Virus record (IMG/VR): IMGVR_UViG_3300007276_000038
Location: 1-64,000 of that record
Direction: 5' to 3' (one strand)
From: a virus
DNA length: 64,000 bases
Shown: positions 1 through 8,722 of the stretch, piece after piece
How the letters are laid out: each line of letters opens with the position of its first letter
Position numbering within the stretch: the first letter of the stretch is position 1
Notes under the pieces: model-generated
Databases searched by the model: none
What the model was told of the DNA's origin: nothing
The model's input: the letters and a program-made list of their open reading frames with translations, nothing else
Made by a program: the position numbers and the translations under genes

Positions 1-525
1 GACTTGTTTGACTTTGATCCTAAGAGTTCTAGCACGGCGTTTGCTACGCCGCGATCCTGGACTTATGTATCCGAATCACTGTTTGACCCAGAGTTTGATG
101 ATGCTGACGTATTAGAGCAGAAGGTTGATGTTGCATCCTCTGTTGGCGAAGGCATGGCAGGTAAGTTCCTTGAGCATCGTCGACTAGCAGGTAAAATGCC
201 TGCTCCAGAGGATATTCTAGCTGGTACTGCTAAGAAGCTTGATGCTTCTATGAAAAACGAGATATCTGCAAAGTACTCATTGACTGTCGGTTTGGCTTAC
301 GAGCTCAACGATATGTTCAAGAAGAGTGGTGTTGACACTGCATTTAAGAAAGCATTCAACCACGCAGCTCGCTTTGGTATTGATAACTGCGAACCTGAGA
401 TGGTAATCTTGTTCTTCAAGTCAGTATTGGGTGATTACCAGATCCCAGTCAACATTAGGACTGATTTGGACAAAGATCTTAGCCAAGTGTTTAACGACAA
501 GTATATTAGCTACTTGCTAGGGTAA
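1..525 (+). CDS. MoxR-like AAA+ ATPase, C-terminal part (5' truncated by window edge)
   Basis: Frame is open from position 1. The 'FATPRSW' motif is typical of phage MoxR/CbbQ-like ATPases, and a partner VWA gene lies at 4928. Confidence 0.7.
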   Translation, partial: DLFDFDPKSSSTAFATPRSWTYVSESLFDPEFDDADVLEQKVDVASSVGEGMAGKFLEHRRLAGKMPAPEDILAGTAKKLDASMKNEISAKYSLTVGLAYELNDMFKKSGVDTAFKKAFNHAARFGIDNCEPEMVILFFKSVLGDYQIPVNIRTDLDKDLSQVFNDKYISYLLG

Positions 526-529
526 GCTC

Positions 530-585
530 AAAAGGGTTGCTAACACTCCCTACCTACTACTCCTACCTACAGTTAGCAACCTTTT
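530..585 (+). ncRNA. Putative structured RNA hairpin with pyrimidine-rich, anti-Shine-Dalgarno-like loop
   Basis: Stem GGTTGCTAAC (535-544) / GTTAGCAACC (572-581), extendable by AAAA/TTTT. The 27-nt loop carries CTCCCTACCTAC and CTCCTACCTAC. Confidence 0.35.
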
Positions 586-586
586 C

Positions 587-612
587 ATGCCCCTTCGGGG
601 GCATTTTTATTT
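587..612 (+). terminator. Rho-independent terminator with C(UUCG)G tetraloop
   Basis: ATGCCCC-TTCG-GGGGCAT followed by TTTTATTT. Confidence 0.85.
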
Positions 613-638
613 ACTAGGAGTAATACAGAGGACAAGCA

Positions 639-1745
639 ATGAACGTTTTCCCCACATTGTTTAAGGTAGACAGCAAAGGCAAAATACGAGAGTGGCGCAT
701 GGAGATAGATGGCGCACGGTATCGTACTGTGGCTGGTCTAGCTGACGGTAAACAAGTTACTAGCGAATGGAAGGCTACTGAAGCAAAGAACGTAGGTCGC
801 AGTAACGCAACAACCGCAGAAGAACAGGCTGTCCTCGAAGTAGAAGCATTATACACCAAACGCCTTGATGGTGAATATCATACCGAAGTCACTGAGGTTA
901 ACGAAGCTCGCTTTGTTAAGCCTATGCTGGCTGCGAAGTGGGAAGACCAGAAGGACAAAATTAAGTACCCTGTATTCATACAGCCTAAGCTAGACGGAAT
1001 TCGATGTATTGCTAATAAGGCAGGATTATGGAGTCGAACGGGTAAGGCAATTGTTGCTGTACCTCATATTGCAGAAGCACTCGTAAAGTTCTTTAACGAG
1101 CATCCTGATGCTATTTTGGACGGCGAGCTTTATAATCACGAGTACAAGGATGACTTCAACTCTATCATTAGCATGGTGCGCAAGACCAAGCCTTCTCAAG
1201 CTGACTTAGATCTTAGTCGAGAGAAAGTAGAATACCATGTATACGATATAGCTAGTGTTGATAGCAACTTTGAATATCGACGTATTAGTTTTAACCAGGC
1301 AGTAACGGAGATTGATTCTCCGTGTGTTGTTGCTGTTGAGACTGCGATAGTTAATAACGAAACCGAAGTCGATGATTTATACGGTACCTTTATCGGAGCC
1401 GGTTATGAAGGTGGTATTATTAGAGCCAATGATAAGTATGTTAACAAGCGAAGCAAGGGTCTACTGAAGCGTAAGGACTTCGAAGACAAGGAGTTTGAAA
1501 TTGTACGCATCGAGGAAGGTAAAGGCAACTGGAGTGGTTATGCTAAACGTGTATTCTTTCGTCTTGAGGATGGTAGAGAATGCGGGGCTGGGCTTAAAGG
1601 TAATCAAGAATATACTCGGGAAGTTCTTGCTAACGCTGATAATTATATCGGAAAGAAAGCAACCATCCAATATTTCACAAGAACACCAGACGGCGTTCCG
1701 CGTTTTCCAATCGCTAAAGCGTTGCATATGGACAAGCGTTGGTAA
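639..1745 (+). CDS. lig: ATP-dependent DNA ligase
   Basis: Motif I QPKLDGIR (KxDG), motif III LDGELY, IIIa YHVYDI, IV YEGGIIR, V LLKRK, and a C-terminal OB fold ending PRFP. Confidence 0.93.
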   Translation: MNVFPTLFKVDSKGKIREWRMEIDGARYRTVAGLADGKQVTSEWKATEAKNVGRSNATTAEEQAVLEVEALYTKRLDGEYHTEVTEVNEARFVKPMLAAKWEDQKDKIKYPVFIQPKLDGIRCIANKAGLWSRTGKAIVAVPHIAEALVKFFNEHPDAILDGELYNHEYKDDFNSIISMVRKTKPSQADLDLSREKVEYHVYDIASVDSNFEYRRISFNQAVTEIDSPCVVAVETAIVNNETEVDDLYGTFIGAGYEGGIIRANDKYVNKRSKGLLKRKDFEDKEFEIVRIEEGKGNWSGYAKRVFFRLEDGRECGAGLKGNQEYTREVLANADNYIGKKATIQYFTRTPDGVPRFPIAKALHMDKRW

Positions 1746-1764
1746 CTTGCCGCCAGTTGAGGAC

Positions 1765-2112
1765 ATGGTAGCCATAGAAGAAACACTCCTGGATATAACC
1801 TACACCGCCTTACTGACTGGCGATCATAAGAATATCTACATCACCGATAATAAGAAAACTACTTTCGACGAAGGATCCTTTGACGGTATATTTGTTAAAG
1901 TAAAAGAAATAGGTCAGTTTTCTATCATAGAACAATCTTTATCCTCTATCTCATTACAGTCATCAGTATTGCATATTACATCTGCCTTTATTTGGTGTAC
2001 TGATCTCGCCTGCAGTAACGCCCCTGGGTATGCCAAACATAGATTTCACTGTGATTTGCTTTTGAACACAGACTTAATTAAATTGAAAACCATGAGTAAT
2101 AAAAATGCCTAA
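1765..2112 (+). CDS. Hypothetical protein (start re-assigned downstream of ligase stop)
   Basis: Track ORF 1495..2112 overlaps the ligase by 250 nt. The in-frame ATG at 1765 (or TTG at 1747) fills the gap between ligase and the next gene. Confidence 0.5.
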   Translation: MVAIEETLLDITYTALLTGDHKNIYITDNKKTTFDEGSFDGIFVKVKEIGQFSIIEQSLSSISLQSSVLHITSAFIWCTDLACSNAPGYAKHRFHCDLLLNTDLIKLKTMSNKNA

Positions 2113-2572
2113 ACAACACCGGAAATTAAAGGAGGTGGACCATCTCCGGGGATCGTTCGACGAAGCGCATGACAGGCTTTTAGGACTCGAAGACATAATC
2201 ATTGATAAGCAATTGCTTGCCATGTTAACCGGGAATCACTTTTATGTTGTAGCTTTTACCCATGCTTACATATTTAATAAAGACAATAAGTGGGAGGACA
2301 TCGACACATTCAATGAGTATATCGTCAAGGGACACACCGCCGGTGATGACTTAACGGTTTTTGTTATACCCGACGAGGCCCGTGCCTGGCAAGACGACTG
2401 GGCGATAAAAATCGGCCGCCTTGCCCGTAAACTTGAGGTGATGGGACTGTGCCCGATGTTCGCGGAATATATATGGTATACTAGAGACGGTAAGTGTCTG
2501 AAAAACCGTCTGACTGGACGGGGGCACGGAATTAGTCCTGAGCTAAAAAGATTAGTTGGTCAAGAAGTGTAG
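2105..2572 (+). CDS. Hypothetical protein
   Basis: 155-aa ORF overlapping the previous stop; no recognised motif. Confidence 0.6.
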   Translation: MPKQHRKLKEVDHLRGSFDEAHDRLLGLEDIIIDKQLLAMLTGNHFYVVAFTHAYIFNKDNKWEDIDTFNEYIVKGHTAGDDLTVFVIPDEARAWQDDWAIKIGRLARKLEVMGLCPMFAEYIWYTRDGKCLKNRLTGRGHGISPELKRLVGQEV

Positions 2573-2670
2573 AAAACTGCATTAGCTAGCCCCACATTAA
2601 CAAAAAGACTATAATTTTAATAAAACAGTACTAGTACCAGCTATTCCTCTAGTTTGTTACTGGTCGCTTG

Positions 2671-2765
2671 TAAGTCATTGATTCTTGGTAAAATAACTTC
2701 ATTAAAATCAATGACTTAGCTCAGTCGTGTATTAAGTTATTCTTCAATGAAATCAATGACTTAGC
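2671..2765. repeat. Cluster of three TAAGTCATTGATT / AATCAATGACTTA boxes (one inverted pair plus a direct repeat)
   Basis: TAAGTCATTGATT at 2671-2683; AAATCAATGACTTAGC at 2705-2720 and 2750-2765. Confidence 0.9.
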
Positions 2766-2810
2766 GTACATCTAGACCTCCCAAAAAGCACAAATACTAG
2801 TGTAAATAAG

Positions 2811-2818
2811 AATAAATA
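2811..2818 (+). promoter_or_regulatory. T4-like late promoter (NATAAATA)
   Basis: AATAAATA about 33 nt upstream of ATG 2851; the same motif recurs at similar spacing before other genes. Confidence 0.55.
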
Positions 2819-2850
2819 TAAACATACACTACAGAAGGATTTATAGCACT

Positions 2851-4839
2851 ATGAAGAAGAATGTATATCTAGCCCAAGTAAACTATTCGCAGGTGTTTAA
2901 AGGGACCATCAATTATTGGCTTCCTTACAGTATAGGTTGTTTGGCTGCATACGCTGAGTCACAAGAACATATCATGAACGAGTACGAAATCAAGGAATTG
3001 TTCTTTAAGCGAGAATATCCCTCAGATATTATTGATCGTCTTGAGGACCCAGCAGTCTTTGGTTTCTCTATGTACGTATGGAACTCACAATACCAAATCA
3101 AAATTGCACAACTAGTTAAAGAAAGATGGCCCGAATGCCTTATTGTGTTTGGCGGGCCTAACTCAACTAACGATCAGTGTAATCTAGATTACTGTGATGT
3201 AGTTGTTCGCAACGAAGGTGAAGCAGCATTTTGCGAAATATTAGAACGTCTAAGCGATGGCCGTGAGATTCCTCCCTTGGTAGTAGCAGAGCGCCTTAAA
3301 GACCTTGACATCCTTCCTAGTCCATTCACCGAAGGAACGTTTGAACCTATTGTAAAAGCTAACCCTGAAGTAGAGTGGTTGGTTTCGATAGAAACTAATC
3401 GAGGCTGTCCTTATTCATGTACATTTTGCGATTGGGGTAGTGCAGTAGCAACTAAGGTACGCAAGTTCTCTATGAAGAAAGTAACTGAAGAAATACGCTG
3501 GCTTGCAAATAATGACGTTGCTTATATTTTTCCAGCTGATGCTAATTTTGGTATATTTAAAGATCGGGACTTATACATAGCTAAACTTCTCCGAGAAGCT
3601 GGTGATTTGCCACAAAGTAAATTCCAAGCTATTAACCTTCAGTACCTTAAAAATAACACAGAAACCGCGATGATCATCGAAAGCATACTAGGCCCAACCT
3701 TCGGTAGAGGCGTTACAATGAGCAGACAAAGCCAACATGCCGATACACTTGAGGCAATTAAAAGAAAAAATATATCTGAGGAAAAATTTGAAAAAGCAGT
3801 AGCCTTTAGCGAAGATTATGATGTTCTAACATACAGTGAGCTTATTATTCCGCTACCGTTAGAGACAAAGGATTCCTTTAGAGAGGGCCTCACTAATATG
3901 CTCGAAGCAAAACAACATTCGTCAATTGAAGTTTGGCCTGCATTAATATTGCCTAACTCAGAGATGGGCAGCAAAGAATACATAGAGAAGTACGAATTAA
4001 AAACAGTGATCGTGTCTGACTACGGTAAACTTAACGGAGACACAATAGGTCAGAACGATCACTTAACAGTTAATTTTATAGACGCGGATACTGCTGAACA
4101 AACTGCGCTTGTTGTTGCGACTAGCACCATGACTACTGAAGAAGTATTAGATTCATATATATACAGTTGGATGGTTATAAGTATGCATAACCGAGGCTTT
4201 TCTCAAATCGTATCAAGATATCTAAATTCTAAACATGGTGTTCCGTATCGTGCATACTATGATAGACTGTATGAAGTCATGAAAACCTATCCTAGTACAC
4301 GGAACATGATGGATTTGATCAACGAAGCACAAATGTTTTACCTGGAAAACGGTCGCTATCCTCTAGAAGATCCTCGTTTTGAAGAAATACTAAATACCGC
4401 ATCCATGCACTTCTTCTCAACCTTGGGTCGATTAAAATGTACCGAAATAAAAGAGGAACTATTTGATATAGGAATAAGTGTAGCTTTAGAATTTGAGGAG
4501 TTACCTGATGATATAGTAGAATTACAACGAAAAATGATTTTCGATAAAGAGCATACTTACCCTATAACAATTGAGTCAGGTTATAATATATTCACAGAAA
4601 CCGACGAAGAAACACAGTACATCATAGGAACAAGGGCAACTAATGAGGCTCAAGAGTGGCTTAACCGCAAGGTAGGCTCAAAGAACATGATTACTACCAC
4701 CGGGGCCACCAATAGCCAAGAAAGGCATGGTGCATCGCTACTAGCAACTGATCGCGTAGCTACTGCAATAGAAAATGCGGTGTCTGTATTCGGTGAGTAT
4801 AAACTTGTTGAAAATCAAGAACTTACAAAAGATTCCTAA
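2851..4839 (+). CDS. Cobalamin-binding-domain radical SAM enzyme (class B-like)
   Basis: ETNRGCPYSCTFCDWG (CxxxCxxC), N-terminal B12-binding-like region (GFSMYVWN...VFGGP...EGE), and DANFG. Paralog of 20914..22836. Confidence 0.88.
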   Translation: MKKNVYLAQVNYSQVFKGTINYWLPYSIGCLAAYAESQEHIMNEYEIKELFFKREYPSDIIDRLEDPAVFGFSMYVWNSQYQIKIAQLVKERWPECLIVFGGPNSTNDQCNLDYCDVVVRNEGEAAFCEILERLSDGREIPPLVVAERLKDLDILPSPFTEGTFEPIVKANPEVEWLVSIETNRGCPYSCTFCDWGSAVATKVRKFSMKKVTEEIRWLANNDVAYIFPADANFGIFKDRDLYIAKLLREAGDLPQSKFQAINLQYLKNNTETAMIIESILGPTFGRGVTMSRQSQHADTLEAIKRKNISEEKFEKAVAFSEDYDVLTYSELIIPLPLETKDSFREGLTNMLEAKQHSSIEVWPALILPNSEMGSKEYIEKYELKTVIVSDYGKLNGDTIGQNDHLTVNFIDADTAEQTALVVATSTMTTEEVLDSYIYSWMVISMHNRGFSQIVSRYLNSKHGVPYRAYYDRLYEVMKTYPSTRNMMDLINEAQMFYLENGRYPLEDPRFEEILNTASMHFFSTLGRLKCTEIKEELFDIGISVALEFEELPDDIVELQRKMIFDKEHTYPITIESGYNIFTETDEETQYIIGTRATNEAQEWLNRKVGSKNMITTTGATNSQERHGASLLATDRVATAIENAVSVFGEYKLVENQELTKDS

Positions 4840-4849
4840 GTCATTGATT
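4813..4849. repeat. Second pair of TAAGTCATTGATT-type boxes
   Basis: Degenerate AATCAAGAACTTA at 4813-4825 and exact TAAGTCATTGATT at 4837-4849, whose TAA is the radical SAM stop codon. Confidence 0.85.
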
Positions 4850-4867
4850 TGTAAGGGTTTTTAGGTC

Positions 4868-4895
4868 TTGACATATCCTGAGACTATGCTATAAT
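4868..4895 (+). promoter_or_regulatory. Consensus sigma70-type (early) promoter
   Basis: TTGACA 4868-4873, 16-nt spacer, extended -10 TGcTATAAT 4887-4895; RBS AGGAG at 4917-4921. Confidence 0.88.
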
Positions 4896-4927
4896 AGTAC
4901 TGTAGAGTAAAAAACTAGGAGTAACAA

Positions 4928-6316
4928 ATGGCAATGCTTGCCCAAAGCGATCAGGTTGTTTATAGCATAGAAAACGCTAAGAAAGACAGCCGTCATTCTC
5001 AGATAGATATCCCCGAAACGAACTTAACATCCGAGCAAGTACTAGACATACTTATTAAGGCTCGGGTTCATCTCCTTATTAATTCACCGTTCTTTGGTAA
5101 CTTAGCTACTAGGTTGCGTTTCATTGATGCAACGAACTGGTGTCAAACCGCTGCTACTGATGGCCGCAACTTTTACTATAATCGAAACTTTGTTGCTGCC
5201 TTGGTTAGCAGAAGCGAAGGACAAGTAATTTTCTTGGTTGGACACGAAGTTCTTCATTGTGTTTACAGCCACATGAACCCAAAATGGTTGGGTTCACGCA
5301 ATAAGATGCTAGCTAACATTGCCCAAGACTTCGTTATTAACTTAGACTTAGACTCTGCTAACATCGGTGAGAAAATCGATCTTGTTGAAATTTGCTACGA
5401 TTGGAAATACCGTGGTAAGATTTGGGAAGAAGTGTACGACGAGCTTTACGAGGAAATTAAAGAAAACGGCGGCGATCCTGAGTCAGGTGACTCCGGTGGC
5501 AATGAAACCCTCGATATTCACATGGACGGCACAGAAGGTGGTGAAGGCGATGGTGAAGGCGATGGTGAAGGCGATGGTAGCGGCGGTAAAGGCGACGGTA
5601 CTGATGGTCCTATTAAGTACACCAAAGAAGAGATGGAAGCAATCGCTAGCGATGTTCGTGATGCCACCATTCAGGCAGCGAAGGCTGCTGGCGCTGGCAA
5701 CTTGCCGGGTGGCGTGAAGCGCCTAGTTGATAAGATGCTGAATCCTCAGATTGACTGGCGCGAGCTTCTTGCTATGCAAATTCAGTCAATCCTCAAGAGC
5801 AACTATAACTTCATGAAGCCATCACGTAAGGGCTTGGATGCTGGTTACTGGTTGCCTGGCATGGACAACGACCAAACCATCGATATCGCACTTGCTATTG
5901 ATACGTCTGGTTCAATCAACGACGAAATGATGCGTGACTTTATCTCAGAAGTGTACGGTATTATGTCACAGTACACCGACTTTAGGGTGCACCTGTGGTG
6001 CTTTGATACCGAGGTACATAACCCTGTTGTTATTACCGCTGACACCATTCAAGACTTTGATAATTACGAGTTAGCTGGTTATGGTGGTACTACGTTTGAA
6101 TGTAACTGGGAGTACATGAAGGATAACGACATCGAACCCAAGAAGTTCATTATGTTTACAGATGGTTACCCTTGCAGAGGCTGGGGCGACGAGTTCTACT
6201 GCGAAACATTGTTTATTGTTCACGGTGGTGGCTACGGTGAACCCCCAGTTGCACCGTTTGGTATTACAGTACCATATACCCGCGAGGAAGGTGCAGGTGA
6301 AGCCAAAGCTGCATGA
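4928..6316 (+). CDS. VWA-domain protein with N-terminal HExxH metallopeptidase-like domain (DUF2201-like), MoxR partner
   Basis: TAATDG and HEVLH motifs, Gly/acidic linker, MIDAS IDTSGS, GGT and FTDG motifs. Confidence 0.88.
   Translation: MAMLAQSDQVVYSIENAKKDSRHSQIDIPETNLTSEQVLDILIKARVHLLINSPFFGNLATRLRFIDATNWCQTAATDGRNFYYNRNFVAALVSRSEGQVIFLVGHEVLHCVYSHMNPKWLGSRNKMLANIAQDFVINLDLDSANIGEKIDLVEICYDWKYRGKIWEEVYDELYEEIKENGGDPESGDSGGNETLDIHMDGTEGGEGDGEGDGEGDGSGGKGDGTDGPIKYTKEEMEAIASDVRDATIQAAKAAGAGNLPGGVKRLVDKMLNPQIDWRELLAMQIQSILKSNYNFMKPSRKGLDAGYWLPGMDNDQTIDIALAIDTSGSINDEMMRDFISEVYGIMSQYTDFRVHLWCFDTEVHNPVVITADTIQDFDNYELAGYGGTTFECNWEYMKDNDIEPKKFIMFTDGYPCRGWGDEFYCETLFIVHGGGYGEPPVAPFGITVPYTREEGAGEAKAA
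5540..5578 (+). repeat. 12-bp coding tandem repeat (GGTGAAGGCGAT x3, GEGD linker)
   Basis: Three perfect copies seen directly. Confidence 0.9.
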
Positions 6317-6963
6317 TACAGTCTGATAAACTAGGTGCTGGCTTACTAACAAAGGTGCCTACAATTCTTGCTGAGGACAACCAATTACTTGGGATTCAAT
6401 GCACTGTGGGGCGACATGCCAGGCATGTCGTCCTTGACTGTGTACACAACCATGACGCCAGGCAATTGCCTGTTACAGGGCCTTTTATTGGCGAACTGTG
6501 GATTAGGACCAAAAAAACGTTCGTGCTCGATCGAGATAGCAAGATACTATTGTGCAACTTAGGTCTCCATACTATGGATTGTTATGAGGGTTTGCCTCTG
6601 ATTCCAAAATATCATAAGCATATAAAAGACACTCCTTGGCGTCATGCGCTATTTGTTAGTAGAGCACTTAAAGACCAAACTGTTGACCCAACGATTGTCT
6701 TCCCTAACGTAGTATCGTGCCCAATTGTATTAAATCCTAGTGATTGGGAAGAAGTTTTTGAAGAATACTTAGCTAATGTAGCTATAAGTCTGCTAAAAGG
6801 CCGCAAGAAAACCGATGCTTATGCAGAAAAAGTTCGATTTGAATGGACTGATCCTTCATGTATTCCACTCGATGATCACTTAGTGAGCCGCTATAAACTA
6901 CCTTGGTTAAAGACAGCATACTTAAAGAATAAAAAGAAAACCAATAATTCCAAGCCGTTATGA
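6313..6963 (+). CDS. Hypothetical protein
   Basis: 216-aa ORF with ATGA overlap to the VWA gene. Confidence 0.65.
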   Translation: MIQSDKLGAGLLTKVPTILAEDNQLLGIQCTVGRHARHVVLDCVHNHDARQLPVTGPFIGELWIRTKKTFVLDRDSKILLCNLGLHTMDCYEGLPLIPKYHKHIKDTPWRHALFVSRALKDQTVDPTIVFPNVVSCPIVLNPSDWEEVFEEYLANVAISLLKGRKKTDAYAEKVRFEWTDPSCIPLDDHLVSRYKLPWLKTAYLKNKKKTNNSKPL

Positions 6964-7013
6964 TTAGGTTTATTAAATACTAATAACAAAACTATTATTA
7001 GGAGTTTTACACA

Positions 7014-7274
7014 ATGTCAGACACTACTACAACAATCAAAGAGGAAGAAGCAACACAACTTCCTGTTGATACCCAAATTACATTAAATGACTTGGCTATT
7101 TTGCTACAAGTCGTTGACCTTGCTACAACACGTGGCGCATTTAAGGCTAACGAGCTTTCTCAAATTGGCTCAGTGTTCGATAAGGTTTCAGCTTTTTTGG
7201 CTGCGGCTGATGCTGATAAAAAAGCAAAAGAAGCTGATGCGGCTGACGCTGACACAGAACAACAAGAAGCATAA
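7014..7274 (+). CDS. Small acidic hypothetical phage protein
   Basis: AGGAG RBS and an ATTAAATA late-like motif at 6972-6979; helical core LNDL...RGAFKANEL. Confidence 0.75.
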   Translation: MSDTTTTIKEEEATQLPVDTQITLNDLAILLQVVDLATTRGAFKANELSQIGSVFDKVSAFLAAADADKKAKEADAADADTEQQEA

Positions 7275-7286
7275 GAGGATATTATC

Positions 7287-7910
7287 ATGAGTTTAGTAAA
7301 ACACGTTGGAAAATTTGGTGAGAAGCCATGCGTAATTATTTTTAGAGAGTTGCCTGATGACGCAACTAGCTGTTTAATTGTACAAACTGGATCATTGCCA
7401 GAGCGTATGCACGACGAGCTAATGAATGCAGTACAAAGTACTGAAGCGCAAACAGCAAATGCTATCGCTGATGTTCTTTCGCGCAAGCAGTTCTCTGATG
7501 GTCAGGCTATGCTTAATGCATTGCATTATGGCAAGTACATGCAAAAAGTACCGGTGAGCCATGTTGCACTTACTCCGCAACCAAACAGTAGCGTACCATT
7601 AGCTGATGTTAACAGTGAGATAAACAAGTTAGAAGGTGGTTACACTGCGCCAATTAACGATGAGATTCACCTTAACGAAGGCAAAAAAGCTCCAGTAGCA
7701 GAACCTACTAGTGCCCCAGTTGAAGCAGCATCAGTTGAATCAAGCGGCGATGACATTGCTCAAGGGTTACTTATGCAAGGGCAGCTTATGCTAGATGATG
7801 CTAAGTCGTTGGAATCAGAAGCTAAAGCGAAGCTGGAACAGGCTTATGCAATGGATCCTTCACTGCGTCCGGTGAAAAGAGGGCGGCCAAAAAAAGCCGA
7901 AAATGCATAA
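7287..7910 (+). CDS. Hypothetical phage protein with C-terminal AT-hook-like KRGRPKK
   Basis: GAGGA RBS; 207 aa; KRGRPKK near the C-terminus. Confidence 0.75.
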   Translation: MSLVKHVGKFGEKPCVIIFRELPDDATSCLIVQTGSLPERMHDELMNAVQSTEAQTANAIADVLSRKQFSDGQAMLNALHYGKYMQKVPVSHVALTPQPNSSVPLADVNSEINKLEGGYTAPINDEIHLNEGKKAPVAEPTSAPVEAASVESSGDDIAQGLLMQGQLMLDDAKSLESEAKAKLEQAYAMDPSLRPVKRGRPKKAENA

Positions 7911-7942
7911 ATAAATACTAACTACAGTAAAAAAGGAATATT

Positions 7943-8287
7943 ATGTCATTTGAGACGCCTAAAGTGGTATTGCTTGGCAAGAGCAAAGAAAAGAATCACC
8001 TAATGCAAAAGATATTGAATGACATAAAAGCCTCTACCATACCGTTTCAATTCTTAGATAGTGTTTTTATCACGGTCGGTGCAAAAGAGCAACGTTATGA
8101 AATTAAGAAGAAATATCTTAAAGAAGGCCTAGACTATAAAAATATAGAAGATCACTTAGTTAATTTGGGCATCACAAAAGATATTCACCTCATTGAGGTT
8201 GTAATTGATTTAGATGATACATACGGTGTTGTACGCGATGAAGCTAATGTAATACTTGATGGGTTATTTGATGGCGTCTCTCGTTAA
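7943..8287 (+). CDS. Hypothetical protein
   Basis: AAGGA RBS, preceded by CATAAATAAATA late-type motif at 7906-7917. Confidence 0.7.
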   Translation: MSFETPKVVLLGKSKEKNHLMQKILNDIKASTIPFQFLDSVFITVGAKEQRYEIKKKYLKEGLDYKNIEDHLVNLGITKDIHLIEVVIDLDDTYGVVRDEANVILDGLFDGVSR

Positions 8288-8525
8288 CCAAGAAGCTACT
8301 ACAATAGAACAAATATTCACAAACGATGGCTTTAACTGGCAATTGATTGTCTACTGGCATCGTGGTACAAATACTGCATTGCGCAAAGCAAAGAAAAAAG
8401 AACTTAAAGAAACTTTAGCCAAGTCTGAAAAGAAATTTAAACAACACTTTGACATCTCACACAATAGAACAATTATTCAATTTCAAGACGAAGAAGACGC
8501 CAAGAACGTATACGCTAGCTTGTAG
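8271..8525 (+). CDS. Hypothetical protein (likely start at ATG 8271)
   Basis: Last + strand gene before the strand switch; in-frame ATG overlapping the previous gene end. Confidence 0.55.
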   Translation: MASLVNQEATTIEQIFTNDGFNWQLIVYWHRGTNTALRKAKKKELKETLAKSEKKFKQHFDISHNRTIIQFQDEEDAKNVYASL

Positions 8526-8527
8526 TC

Positions 8528-8722
8528 TTAACTACCTTTAAAGGTATGAAACGAATGTATCTCACCCTGTACTTTATAAGAATCAATTAAAATCTTCTTC
8601 ATCTTTAATCCGAACTCACTTGCAGCAATACCACATTTACTAGGAACATGAGTTGCATTAGGTAATCCGCATTCGATGCACTTACCTTCTAGCTTATACT
8701 GTGCTTTGTCGATATTATTCAT
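8528..8722 (-). CDS. Small putative zinc-binding protein (CxxC...H...C)
   Basis: KAQYKLEGKCIECGLPNATHVPSKC; paralog of 12426..12608. Confidence 0.65.
   Translation of the reverse strand: MNNIDKAQYKLEGKCIECGLPNATHVPSKCGIAASEFGLKMKKILIDSYKVQGEIHSFHTFKGS

Noticed and set aside
1495-1764. 5' extension of ORF 1495..2112
   Set aside because: Overlaps the conserved ligase C-terminus by 250 nt in another frame; a downstream start is more plausible.
2671-2765. Possible mini-CRISPR array
   Set aside because: Repeats are only 13-16 bp, in mixed orientation, and no cas genes are present.
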